NCBI GenBank assembly: GCA_043762595.1
Contig: JAYUMN010000054.1
Span: 4,604 to 68,603 of the forward strand
Source: Frankiales bacterium
Lineage (GTDB): Bacteria > Actinomycetota > Actinomycetes > Mycobacteriales > SCTD01
Length of the DNA: 64,000 nucleotides
Direction of reading: 5' to 3'
Made by a program: the position numbers and the translations under genes. Every line of letters starts with the position of its first letter. Within the stretch, counting starts at the first letter, position 1. Shown here in pieces: positions 10,754 through 19,556 of the stretch. The notes under the pieces are model-generated. The model was not told the DNA's origin. It made no database searches and was given only the letters and a program-made list of their open reading frames with translations.

Positions 10754-12987
10754 CCGGGCCGCCGCGGCGCAACCCCCGCCGTAAGGCGCCGAGGCCTGCT
10801 GCGCTCGGGCCGGTGATTGCCGCCGGCCCGAGCGCCGAGGAACTCGACCGGCTGGTCGGCGGCGCCCACCACGACCCACACGGACTGCTCGGCATGCACC
10901 TGGTCGACGGCGGCGTCGTGGTGCGGGCGTTACGCCCGGGCGCCGAGGCCGTCGTCGCGCTCATCGACGGTCAACGCATTGTTCTCACGCACCTGCGCGA
11001 CGGCGTGTGGGAGGCACGGCTGCCCGGTGGCACGGTTACCGACTACCGCCTGGAGATCACCTACGGCGGTGAGGTCCATCCCGACGACGATCCCTACCGC
11101 TACCTGCCCACACTCGGCCAGGTCGACCTCCATCTCATCGGCGAGGGCCGGCACGAGCAGCTGTGGCAGGTCCTCGGCTCGCACGTACGCCGCTACGACT
11201 CCCCGGGCGGCCCGGTCACCGGCACCAGCTTCGCGGTGTGGGCACCAAGTGCCCGGGGGGTGCGTGTCATCGGCGAGTTCAACGGCTGGGACGGCCGGAG
11301 CCACCCGATGCGCTCGCTCGGCAGCAGCGGGGTGTGGGAGCTGTTCCTGCCCGATGTCGGCGTCGGCGCCCGCTACAAGTTCCGGGTGCTCGGCGCCGAC
11401 TCGGTGTGGCGCGACAAAGCCGACCCGATGGCCAGGCAGGCGGAGGTACCGCCGTTGACCGGAAGCGTCGTGACGGAGTCGACATACACCTGGGCTGACG
11501 GTCAGTGGCTGGACCAACGTGCGGCAACACCGGCGTATGCATCGCCGATGAGCTGCTACGAGGTGCATCTGGGCTCCTGGCGACAGGGCTTGTCCTACCG
11601 CCAGTTGGCCGAACAGCTGGTGGAGTACGTCGGCTGGCTCGGCTATACCCATGTCGAATTGCTGCCGGTGGCCGAGCACCCCTATGGCCCGAGCTGGGGC
11701 TATCAGGTCTCGTCGTACTACGCCCCAACCGCCCGCTTCGGCGACCCCGACGACTTCCGCTACCTCGTCGACCGGCTGCACCAGGCCGGAATCGGGGTCA
11801 TCCTGGACTGGGTGCCGGCGCACTTCCCCAAAGACGAGTTCTCCCTCGGCCGGTTCGACGGAACCCCGCTTTACGAACACGCCGACCCGCGCCGGGGCGA
11901 GCAGATGGACTGGGGTACCTACGTCTTCGATTTCGGGCGCAACGAGGTCCGCAACTTTCTCGTCGCCAACGCCGTCTACTGGCTCGAGGAATTCCACATC
12001 GATGGCCTGCGGGTCGATGCGGTCGCCTCGATGCTCTACCTCGACTACTCCCGTAAGGAGGGTGAGTGGCTGCCGAATGCCTACGGCGGCCGCGAGAATC
12101 TCGATGCGGTGGCCTTCCTGCAAGAGATGAACGCCGTCGTCTACCGGCGCGCACCAGCCGCGATCACCATCGCGGAGGAGTCGACATCCTGGCCCGGTGT
12201 CACGAGGCCGACCCACCTCGGGGGGCTCGGCTTCGGCTTCAAGTGGAACATGGGCTGGATGCACGACTCGCTCGACTACGTCTCGCGAGAACCGGTCCAC
12301 CGTGGATATCACCATCACCAGATGACGTTCTCGATGGTCTACGCCTACTCCGAGAACTACCTCCTGCCGATCAGCCACGACGAGGTCGTGCACGGCAAGG
12401 GCTCGATGCTGCGCAAGATGCCCGGCGACCGGTGGCAGCAGCTAGCCAACGTCCGGGCCTACCTGGCCTTCATGTGGGCGCACCCGGGCAAGCAGCTGTT
12501 GTTCATGGGCTGCGAGTTCGCGCAGGAATCCGAGTGGAGCGAGCAACGCAGCCTGGATTGGTGGCTGCTCGACCTGCCGGACCACCGCGGGGTCGCCCTG
12601 CTGGTCAAGGAGCTGAACACGGTCTACCGGGCGACGCCGGCCCTATGGACCCTCGACACCGAGCCAGCCGGCTTCTCCTGGATCGACGCCAATGACGCGG
12701 ACGGCAACGTGTTCTCATTTCTACGCTTCGGCAGCGACGGCACGGCGGTGGCCTGTGTGAGCAACTTCGCCGGCGTACCGCACGAGGGCTACCGGATCGG
12801 ACTGCCGTGGGCCGGAGCGTGGCGCGAGGCCGTGAACACCGATGCGGAGGCGTATTCGGGCAGCGGCGTCGGCAATTTCGGCGGGGTCGAGGCGATGGCC
12901 GACAGCTGGCACGGTCAGCCGGCGTCGGCCGTGCTGCGGCTCCCCCCGCTCGGCACGGTCTGGCTGACGAGCGGCCCTCCTGCCTGA
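10750..12987 (+). CDS. glgB: 1,4-alpha-glucan branching enzyme
   Basis: [66 protein letters not shown] overlap with the pep2 stop. Confidence 0.93.
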   Translation: MTGPPRRNPRRKAPRPAALGPVIAAGPSAEELDRLVGGAHHDPHGLLGMHLVDGGVVVRALRPGAEAVVALIDGQRIVLTHLRDGVWEARLPGGTVTDYRLEITYGGEVHPDDDPYRYLPTLGQVDLHLIGEGRHEQLWQVLGSHVRRYDSPGGPVTGTSFAVWAPSARGVRVIGEFNGWDGRSHPMRSLGSSGVWELFLPDVGVGARYKFRVLGADSVWRDKADPMARQAEVPPLTGSVVTESTYTWADGQWLDQRAATPAYASPMSCYEVHLGSWRQGLSYRQLAEQLVEYVGWLGYTHVELLPVAEHPYGPSWGYQVSSYYAPTARFGDPDDFRYLVDRLHQAGIGVILDWVPAHFPKDEFSLGRFDGTPLYEHADPRRGEQMDWGTYVFDFGRNEVRNFLVANAVYWLEEFHIDGLRVDAVASMLYLDYSRKEGEWLPNAYGGRENLDAVAFLQEMNAVVYRRAPAAITIAEESTSWPGVTRPTHLGGLGFGFKWNMGWMHDSLDYVSREPVHRGYHHHQMTFSMVYAYSENYLLPISHDEVVHGKGSMLRKMPGDRWQQLANVRAYLAFMWAHPGKQLLFMGCEFAQESEWSEQRSLDWWLLDLPDHRGVALLVKELNTVYRATPALWTLDTEPAGFSWIDANDADGNVFSFLRFGSDGTAVACVSNFAGVPHEGYRIGLPWAGAWREAVNTDAEAYSGSGVGNFGGVEAMADSWHGQPASAVLRLPPLGTVWLTSGPPA

Positions 12988-13110
12988 CCCGCCGTCGCGC
13001 GCCATGGCAGGAGACCGTTGGCTCAGCTGCTGCCCAGTCGGGTCGCGCACTGAGAACAGGCCTGAACGACAGCCGGACGCTCCGGTCGAGGTCAGGGCGG
13101 GTTCCTGGGC

Positions 13111-13131
13111 GGTCGGCGACGACCGCCGACC
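13111..13131. terminator. GC-rich hairpin between glgB and the minus-strand remnant (candidate bidirectional terminator)
   Basis: ggtcggcg-acgac-cgccgacc, an 8-bp perfect stem with a 5-nt loop and no U-tract. Confidence 0.25.
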
Positions 13132-13401
13132 ACGCGACCGGAGTCAGTCAGGACCCACCGGCTCGAGGTGCTGCCCGACCAGCGGCCCGACCACTCCCGC
13201 CGGGACGAGCGGCCGCCGGTAGGTGATTGGCGAACCAGGCGAGCGGGTTCTCCGCCGCCTCGCCAAGGGAGGTCGGTCGTCACGTACAGCGACTCGGGGT
13301 CGTCGAATGTCGCCGTCGTCCCACATATCCGAGCAGGCCCATTCCTTGCCGAGCAGGTCGGCCGCGTCGAGCACCGGCTTGGTGCCCCTACCCCGGCCAA
13401 A

Positions 13402-13446
13402 CCGACGTCCGAGACGTCCGAGACGTCCGAGACGTCCGAGACCTCG
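13402..13446. repeat. 9-bp tandem repeat, about 5 units of GAGACGTCC (last and first units degenerate)
   Basis: Read directly: ccgacgtcc gagacgtcc gagacgtcc gagacgtcc gagacctcg. Each unit contains the palindrome GACGTC. It would encode (SDV)n on the minus strand. Confidence 0.9.
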
Positions 13447-14035
13447 GCGATCATCACGCAGACGATGGTGACGCAGCCGTCGGGGATAGCGCCCCCAACC
13501 TGCGCAGTCACCAGGCCACCGCGTGTCACAGGGCAGCGGCCGGACAAGGCCGACGAAGGCGTCCGCATCGGGGCCAGCTTCGACCCGGCCGAGCGGGCTG
13601 TGCCAGACGGTCCCGCCGTCGGGCTTGGCGGCTGGGCAGGTCCAGACTCGCCGGGCTCGCCGGCTCGCGGCCAACCGCTGCTCGGTCGACGCCGCTTCGA
13701 GCTCGGCCTCGACCTCCAGCACCACCCGGGCGATCAGCCGGTGGGCGTCCCGCGGCCCCAGATCCACCAGCTCGGTGAGCACCCAGTCTTCCACCCGGGC
13801 GGCGACCGGCTCGGTGCAGCGCTTGGTCAACTGCGGCACCACTTGACGACCCCACCGGCGCTACCGACCAGAGAAACGCGTCGCTAGGAGGCTGCAGCGA
13901 TCTTCAGCCGAGCCGGACCCCGCCCAACGGGTCAGCCGAGTGCGCCCACCGGAGCCACCGGCGAGACTGCTCGGGGACCAGCCGACCGGGGGAGCAAACC
14001 GGTAGACCAGCCCGACGGAGCACCAGGAGCCGCCG

Positions 14036-14983
14036 CTAGAACAGCGCGTTGGCGAGCGAACGCCGGCCGGTCACAATCCGCGGATCGTCCGGGTCGAGGA
14101 CGCTGAACAGCTCCAGCAGATGCACGCGGACCTGCTCGCGCTCCTCCCCGGCGTGACGCCGGACGAAGCCGACAAGCCGGTCGATGGCCTCCTGGATGCG
14201 TTCGCTCAGCACCTCGACGTCGGCGGCGGCTGTCTGCACCGCCGCGTCATCGGGTGCGGCCTGCGCCGCCGCCAGCACGGCCTGCGGGTCGACGCCGGTG
14301 GTGCGGCCGAGCAGCGCCGCCCAGGCCTTGCCCAGCACCGCTTCGGGGTCGCCCGGCCGTCGGGCCAGCAGCGCGTCGTAGGCCGCGGCGGCGGCTGGGT
14401 AATCCTCCCTGCCGAGGGCGTCCTCGGCAGCGAGGAACTCGGGCTCGATCGGAGCGGGCGCCGGTTCGGCCGGGGCCTGCCCGGCCGGACCGGGCAGCCC
14501 GGCCTGCTTGGCTGCGGCGAGCACCTGATCGAGGAAGCTTCGGATGTCGGCTTCGGGCAGCGCGCCGGTGAAGCCCTGGACGAGCCGGCCGCCCAGGGCC
14601 AGCAAGATCGTCGGGATGCTCTGGATCTGCAGCTGCCCGGCAAACGCCTGATTGGCGTCGACATCGAGCTTGGCCAGCATCCAGGCGCCGCCGTCGGCCT
14701 CGGCCAGGCGCTCGAGCACCGGCGAGAGTTGCTTGCACGGGCCGCACCACTCGGCCCAGAAGTCGATCAGGACCGGCACTCGGAGCGAGCGCTGCAGCAC
14801 CTCGGTCTCAAAGCTCGCCTCGCTGACGTCGATGACATGCGACCCGGCCGACCTGGGGGGGCCGGCCGGAGCCGGGCCGGAGCCGGCCGGCGGGGTCGGC
14901 GAGCGCAACCCCGACAGGTCGACGGCACCGGCGATGTTGATGTCCGTTGGCCTCATCCGCATGCCAGCAGTCAACCGCACCAA
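14036..14983 (-). CDS. thioredoxin-domain protein with TPR-like C-terminal domain (YbbN/CnoX-like)
   Basis: VLIDFWAEWCGPCKQLSPVLE (WCGPC) followed by an Ala-rich helical C-terminal half. Confidence 0.85.
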   Translation of the reverse strand: MVRLTAGMRMRPTDINIAGAVDLSGLRSPTPPAGSGPAPAGPPRSAGSHVIDVSEASFETEVLQRSLRVPVLIDFWAEWCGPCKQLSPVLERLAEADGGAWMLAKLDVDANQAFAGQLQIQSIPTILLALGGRLVQGFTGALPEADIRSFLDQVLAAAKQAGLPGPAGQAPAEPAPAPIEPEFLAAEDALGREDYPAAAAAYDALLARRPGDPEAVLGKAWAALLGRTTGVDPQAVLAAAQAAPDDAAVQTAAADVEVLSERIQEAIDRLVGFVRRHAGEEREQVRVHLLELFSVLDPDDPRIVTGRRSLANALF

Positions 14984-15010
14984 CGGCCCGGCCCTTCCCC
15001 GGCGTACCCG

Positions 15011-16681
15011 CTAGAACTGCGGCGGCTCGGTGTAGCTGCCCCAGAGCTCGCGCAGCGCCCCACAGACCTCGCCGAGAGTGGCCTCGGCCCGAATGGCGTC
15101 GAGCATCGGCGCGATCGTGTTGCCGTCGCCGCGGGCCACCTCCACCAGCGCCGCGAGCCTTGTTTGCACGAGGGCCTCGTCACGCCGGCCCTTGCGGTCG
15201 AGCAACTCGCGCACCTGCACCGTCTCGACCTCGTGACTGACCCGCAGGATTTCGAGCGGCGAGTCGACCCCACCGGTGTGGCTGTTGACACCGACGACCA
15301 GCTTGTCACCCTTCTCGACCGCCACCTGGTAGGCAAAAGCTGCCTCGGCGATCTCGGCCATGAACCAGCCGTCCTCGATGCCGCGCAGGATGCCCGATGT
15401 CATGTCACCCGAGCCCATCTCCCGCACCTTGGCGAAGATGGCCTCGGCCTGCGCCTCGATGGTGTCGGTGAGTTGCTCGACGTACCAGCTGCCGCCGAGC
15501 GGGTCGGCGACGTTGGCGACGCCGGTCTCCTCGGCAATCACCTGCTGGGTGCGGATCGCGATCTGGGCCGCCTTCGCCGACGGAAGAGCCAGCACCTCGT
15601 CCAGGGCGTTGGTGTGCAGGGAGTTGGTGCCGCCGAGGACCGCCGCGAGCGCCTCCACGGCCGTGCGCACGATGTTGTTGTCGGGCTGCTGAGCGGTGAG
15701 CGAGACGCCGGCGGTCTGGGTGTGGAACCGCAGCCACTGGGCCTTGTCGGTCTTCGCGCCGTAGACGTCGCGCAGCCAACGCGCCCAGATCCGGCGGGCC
15801 GCCCGGAACTTCGCGATCTCCTCGAAGAAATCGATATGTGCGTCGAAGAAGAACGACAGGCCAGGGGCGAAGGTCTCGATGTCGAGCCCCCGCGATAGGC
15901 CCAGCTCGACGTAGGCGAAGCCGTCGGCGAGGGTGAAGGCGAGCTCCTGCGCGGCCGTTGAACCGGCTTCGCGGATGTGATAGCCCGACACCGAGATCGG
16001 CTTGTAGGCAGGGATGTGCTCCGCGCAGTGCTCCATCAGGTCGCCGATCAGGCGCAGGTGCGGCTCGGGTGGGAAGAGCCACTCCTTCTGGGCGATGTAC
16101 TCCTTGAAGATGTCGGTCTGCAAGGTCCCGTTCAGGACGCCGGGGTCGACACCCTGCCGCTCCGCCGCGACGAGATACATGCAGAAGACGGGTACGGCCG
16201 GGCCGGAGATGGTCATCGACGTCGTGACCTCGCCCAGCGGGATGTCGCGGAACAGCACGTCCATGTCGGCGGCCGAGTCGATCGCGACGCCGCAGTGGCC
16301 GACCTCGCCGAGGGCCCGGGTGTCGTCGCTGTCGCGGCCCATCAGCGTCGGCATGTCGAAGGCCACCGACAGCCCGCCGCCGCCCTCGGCCAGGATCATC
16401 TTGTAGCGCTCGTTGGTCTGCTCGGCGTTGCCGAAGCCGGCGAACTGCCGGATGGTCCACATCCGGCCACGGTTGCCGGTTGCGTGCAGGCCACGGGTGA
16501 AAGGGAACTCCCCCGGCCAGCCGATCCGCTCGAAGCCGTCGTAGCCTTCGCCCGCCATCGGCCCGTAGACCGGCTCGACGGTCTCGCCGGACAACGTCGT
16601 GAAGTCGGCCTCGCGGGTGGTGGCCCGGTCGAACCGAGCCTGCCAACGAGCGCGACCGGCGGCGATTTCCTCGGGGGTCAT
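15011..16681 (-). CDS. acyl-CoA mutase large (substrate-binding) subunit without B12-binding domain; isobutyryl-CoA-mutase-like rather than canonical MCM
   Basis: FTRGLHATGNRGRMWTIRQFAGFGNAEQTNERYKMILAEGGGGLSVAFDMPTLMGRDSDD. About 556 aa, ending before any B12 (DxHxxG) domain. Start set to the ATG at 16681 (MTPEEIAAGRARW). Confidence 0.85.
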   Translation of the reverse strand: MTPEEIAAGRARWQARFDRATTREADFTTLSGETVEPVYGPMAGEGYDGFERIGWPGEFPFTRGLHATGNRGRMWTIRQFAGFGNAEQTNERYKMILAEGGGGLSVAFDMPTLMGRDSDDTRALGEVGHCGVAIDSAADMDVLFRDIPLGEVTTSMTISGPAVPVFCMYLVAAERQGVDPGVLNGTLQTDIFKEYIAQKEWLFPPEPHLRLIGDLMEHCAEHIPAYKPISVSGYHIREAGSTAAQELAFTLADGFAYVELGLSRGLDIETFAPGLSFFFDAHIDFFEEIAKFRAARRIWARWLRDVYGAKTDKAQWLRFHTQTAGVSLTAQQPDNNIVRTAVEALAAVLGGTNSLHTNALDEVLALPSAKAAQIAIRTQQVIAEETGVANVADPLGGSWYVEQLTDTIEAQAEAIFAKVREMGSGDMTSGILRGIEDGWFMAEIAEAAFAYQVAVEKGDKLVVGVNSHTGGVDSPLEILRVSHEVETVQVRELLDRKGRRDEALVQTRLAALVEVARGDGNTIAPMLDAIRAEATLGEVCGALRELWGSYTEPPQF

Positions 16682-16751
16682 GGGCAGGCCTTTCGAGTGG
16701 ACGATTCCTGTCGGCAGATTACCCAGCCGGAGCGGGTCGTAGGCTCCGAGC

Positions 16752-17222
16752 GTGGAAGCGCACCTGTTCTGCCCGTGGTGCGGCGGAGCACTTGCCACCA
16801 TGGGCCGAGCGCAGCACTGCACGATCTGCGACCGGACGCACCACCGCGACCCCAAGGTCGGCGTCGGGGTGGTCGTCCGCGACACCCGCGGTTGGCTGCT
16901 GCTCGTCCAGCGCGGCATTCAGCCCGGGCGAGGCCGATGGTCACTGCCCGCCGGCTACGTCGATGCCGACGAGGACCCGCGGGCCGCCGCGGCCCGGGAA
17001 TGCCTCGAAGAGGCCGGACTCGTGGTCGAGGTCGGCGCGGTCTGTGGCGTCTATCCCTCGACCGCCGGCGGGGCGTCGTTCTTCCTGGCCTTCGCCGCGA
17101 CCGTCGTCGGCGGTGCGCTCCAAGCCGGTGACGACGCAACCGATGCTCGGTATTTCCCGGACACCGACCTGCCACCGCTGGCCTTCGAGAGCACCCGCGC
17201 CGCAGCCGGTCTCACCGACTGA
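16752..17222 (+). CDS. NUDIX hydrolase with N-terminal zinc ribbon
   Basis: CPWCGGAL...HCTICD, then the Nudix box GRWSLPAGYVDADEDPRAAAARECLEEAGL. Confidence 0.85.
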   Translation: MEAHLFCPWCGGALATMGRAQHCTICDRTHHRDPKVGVGVVVRDTRGWLLLVQRGIQPGRGRWSLPAGYVDADEDPRAAAARECLEEAGLVVEVGAVCGVYPSTAGGASFFLAFAATVVGGALQAGDDATDARYFPDTDLPPLAFESTRAAAGLTD

Positions 17223-17861
17223 CTAGCGGCGCAGGCGGCGCACAAGCAGCACCAGCACGACGAGCCCGACCAGCACCGGTGCCAGTCGCTTCAGCACCGG
17301 CGAGCCCGCGGCGCCGAGCAGGTCGATCGCCTCGGCCGGTTTGACGATGCGCGGCGGCGGCGGCGGGACCGGGGTGCCCTCGGCCTCCGCGGCGGCGAGG
17401 GCGACCGGATCCGGCGTACCGGCGAGGATCTCCTCGGACAGGCATGCCGCGAACTGGTCGACGAGTTTGGCGCTCACATCGGCGAGCACACCGCGGCCGA
17501 ACTGCGCGGGCTTGCCGGTGATGTTGAGGTCGGTGTCGACCTCCACATCGGTGCTGTCGCCGTTGTCGACCAGCCGGCAGGTGACCAGGGCCTTGGCCGT
17601 GCCGGTGCCGCGCGTCTCCTTGCCGGCGCCCTCGATGACCACGACGCCGGCTGCCTCGTCGACCGAGACGAACTTGGCGTTACCGCCGTAGGTCAGGTTG
17701 ATCGGCCCAACCTTGACCTTGACCGTCCCGGTGAAGGCGTCGCCGTCCCGTGAGGTCAGCGTGGCGCCCGGCATGCACGGGGCGATCCGCTCGACGTCGA
17801 GCAGCACCTTGATGGCTTGCGCCCGGGGGACGGGGACGGTGAACCGGTTCTCGAGCTTCAT
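17223..17861 (-). CDS. coxG: CoxG-like SRPBCC protein with Pro-rich linker and C-terminal TM anchor
   Basis: MKLENRFTVPVPRAQAIKVLLDVERIAPCMPGA...VKVKVGPINLTYGG. C-terminal LAPVLVGLVVLVLLV. Confidence 0.8.
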   Translation of the reverse strand: MKLENRFTVPVPRAQAIKVLLDVERIAPCMPGATLTSRDGDAFTGTVKVKVGPINLTYGGNAKFVSVDEAAGVVVIEGAGKETRGTGTAKALVTCRLVDNGDSTDVEVDTDLNITGKPAQFGRGVLADVSAKLVDQFAACLSEEILAGTPDPVALAAAEAEGTPVPPPPPRIVKPAEAIDLLGAAGSPVLKRLAPVLVGLVVLVLLVRRLRR

Positions 17862-18439
17862 CTGCTGGCCTCCATGGCGGCGAGGTCGTCGGGGGTGTCG
17901 ACGTCAAAGGGCGAGCCGGTGCCGTCGCAGGGCACGTCGGTCACCAACTCGGGGTTGGCGCGCAACCACGGTCGCGCACCGGTATCGCCGACCGCGGCGA
18001 GGGCCACCGCGTCCCACGTGCTGCGGTCCAGCAGCACCGGGTTGCGCTGCTTGCCGCCGTACGTCGCGACAGCGGCGATCGCGCCGGCCGCGTGCGCCTC
18101 TCGCAGGCGTACGACGGCGCCGGGGCCGATCAGCGGCTGGTCGGCGAGCGCGACCACGCAGGCGGCCGCGTCGCGGTGTGCCAGCGCGGCCAGACCGGTG
18201 CGTAGGGACGCGCCCATGCCGGTCTCCCAGTCGAGGGCCAGGACGCAGTCGTCGAGCTCAGCCGTGGCCATCACCTGCTCGGCCTGGGCGCCGAGCACGA
18301 CGACCACAGGCGCGCAGCCACCCTCGGTCAGCAACCGCCGCCCGCGCTGGACGAGCAGCTCACCGCGGTAGCGCACGAGGGCCTTCGGACCGCCGAAGCG
18401 GCTGCCGGCACCGGCGGCGAGCAGGAGCCCGGCGGTCAT
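17858..18439 (-). CDS. MobA/MocA-like nucleotidyltransferase (molybdenum cofactor cytidylyltransferase type)
   Basis: MTAGLLLAAGAGSRFGGPKAL... ATG at 18439 preferred over the track start 18583, which overlaps xdhC. ATGA overlap with the coxG start. Confidence 0.75.
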   Translation of the reverse strand: MTAGLLLAAGAGSRFGGPKALVRYRGELLVQRGRRLLTEGGCAPVVVVLGAQAEQVMATAELDDCVLALDWETGMGASLRTGLAALAHRDAAACVVALADQPLIGPGAVVRLREAHAAGAIAAVATYGGKQRNPVLLDRSTWDAVALAAVGDTGARPWLRANPELVTDVPCDGTGSPFDVDTPDDLAAMEASR

Positions 18440-18443
18440 CGGG

Positions 18444-19556
18444 TCATCGCACGATGGCCGGGTCGCGGTGGATCGTGCCGTCGGTCGCGCCCAGCGGGCG
18501 ACCGCTGCCACCCCAGCGTCGCTGAACGATCTCGGCAGCAATCGAGATCGCCGTCTCCTCAGGGGTTCTGGCACCCAGGTCAAGCCCGATCGGCGAGTGC
18601 AACCTGGCCAGCTCCTGCTCGGTCACGCCCACCTCCCGCAACCGGGCGAGGCGGTCGTCGTGGGTACGGCGGCTGCCCATCGCCCCGATGTAGCTCGCCG
18701 GGCTGCGCAGCGCGACCTGGAGCAGGGGAACGTCGAACTTGGGGTCGTGGGTCAGCACCGTGATGACGGTGCGGGCGTCGACCGCGGTGCGCTCGAGGTA
18801 GGTGGAGGGCCACTCGCAGACGACCTCGTGCGCCTCGGGGAACCGCCGGGCCGTCGCGAAGACCGGCCGCGCGTCGCAGACGGTGACCCGATAGCCCAGG
18901 AACACCCCGGCCCGGGCAACGGCCGCCGCGAAGTCGGTCGCGCCGAAGACGAGCATCCGCGGTGGCGGGGTGAAGACCTGCACGAAGACTGCGACCTCGT
19001 CGATGCGGCGCTCCCCGTGCGGCCCGTAGTGCCGGGTGCCGGTCTGGCCGATCGCGAGCATCCCCCGGGCATCGTCGACGACCGCGACGTCGAGCCCCTC
19101 GGCGCCGAGCGACCCGGTGACGCCGGCCGGGGTGATGGCGACCATGGCGCCGAGTGGCGCTGGTCCGCCCACCACAGTGGCGAGCGCAACCGGTTCCTCG
19201 TTCGCCAGCAGGTCGAGCAACCCGGTCAGCAGCGGGGCCTGCTCCGGTCCGATCGGCTGAACCAGGATGTCCAGGATGCCACCGCAGGTCAGCCCGACCG
19301 AGAAGGCGGTCTCGTCGCTGATGCCGTACGTCTCGACAACCGGCGGGGCGCCAGCGAGCACCTCGGCGGCCACCTCGTAGACAGCGCCCTCGACGCAGCC
19401 GCCCGACACGCTGCCGACAGCGGCGCCCTGCTCGTCGACGGTCATCGACGCCCCGGCCGGCCGGGGCGCGCTGCCCCTGATGCTCACGACGGTGGCGAGC
19501 CCGAACGGCCGCCCACCTGCCAGCAGGGCCCGCAAGCCGTCCGCGATGTCACGCAC
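18444..19556 (-). CDS. XdhC/CoxI(F)-family molybdoenzyme maturation protein
   Basis: Two-domain XdhC pattern: FGLATVVSIRGSAPRPAGASM...SGGCVEG, then a Rossmann-like LVFGATDFAAAV. Confidence 0.8.
   Translation of the reverse strand: MRDIADGLRALLAGGRPFGLATVVSIRGSAPRPAGASMTVDEQGAAVGSVSGGCVEGAVYEVAAEVLAGAPPVVETYGISDETAFSVGLTCGGILDILVQPIGPEQAPLLTGLLDLLANEEPVALATVVGGPAPLGAMVAITPAGVTGSLGAEGLDVAVVDDARGMLAIGQTGTRHYGPHGERRIDEVAVFVQVFTPPPRMLVFGATDFAAAVARAGVFLGYRVTVCDARPVFATARRFPEAHEVVCEWPSTYLERTAVDARTVITVLTHDPKFDVPLLQVALRSPASYIGAMGSRRTHDDRLARLREVGVTEQELARLHSPIGLDLGARTPEETAISIAAEIVQRRWGGSGRPLGATDGTIHRDPAIVR

Larger units (their letters stand above)
13092..13842 (-). pseudogene. possible decayed or frameshifted gene of unknown family
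   Basis: High third-position GC and natural-looking peptides hop between all three minus-strand frames. Examples: ...RLIARVVLEVEAELEAA..., AIPDGCVTIVCVMIAEVSDVSDV, KPVLDAADLLGKEWACSDMWDDGD, FDDPESLYVTTDLP, LGEAAENPLAWFANH. No single ORF carries them all. Plus-strand frames are Ser/Pro/Arg junk. Confidence 0.3.

Noticed and set aside
13092-13842. HNH endonuclease / DUF222 (13E12-type) or other mobile-element remnant
   Set aside because: The N-terminal helical segment is only vaguely reminiscent of these families. There is no HNH motif, transposase, integrase or terminal inverted repeat. The locus is left as an unknown decayed gene.
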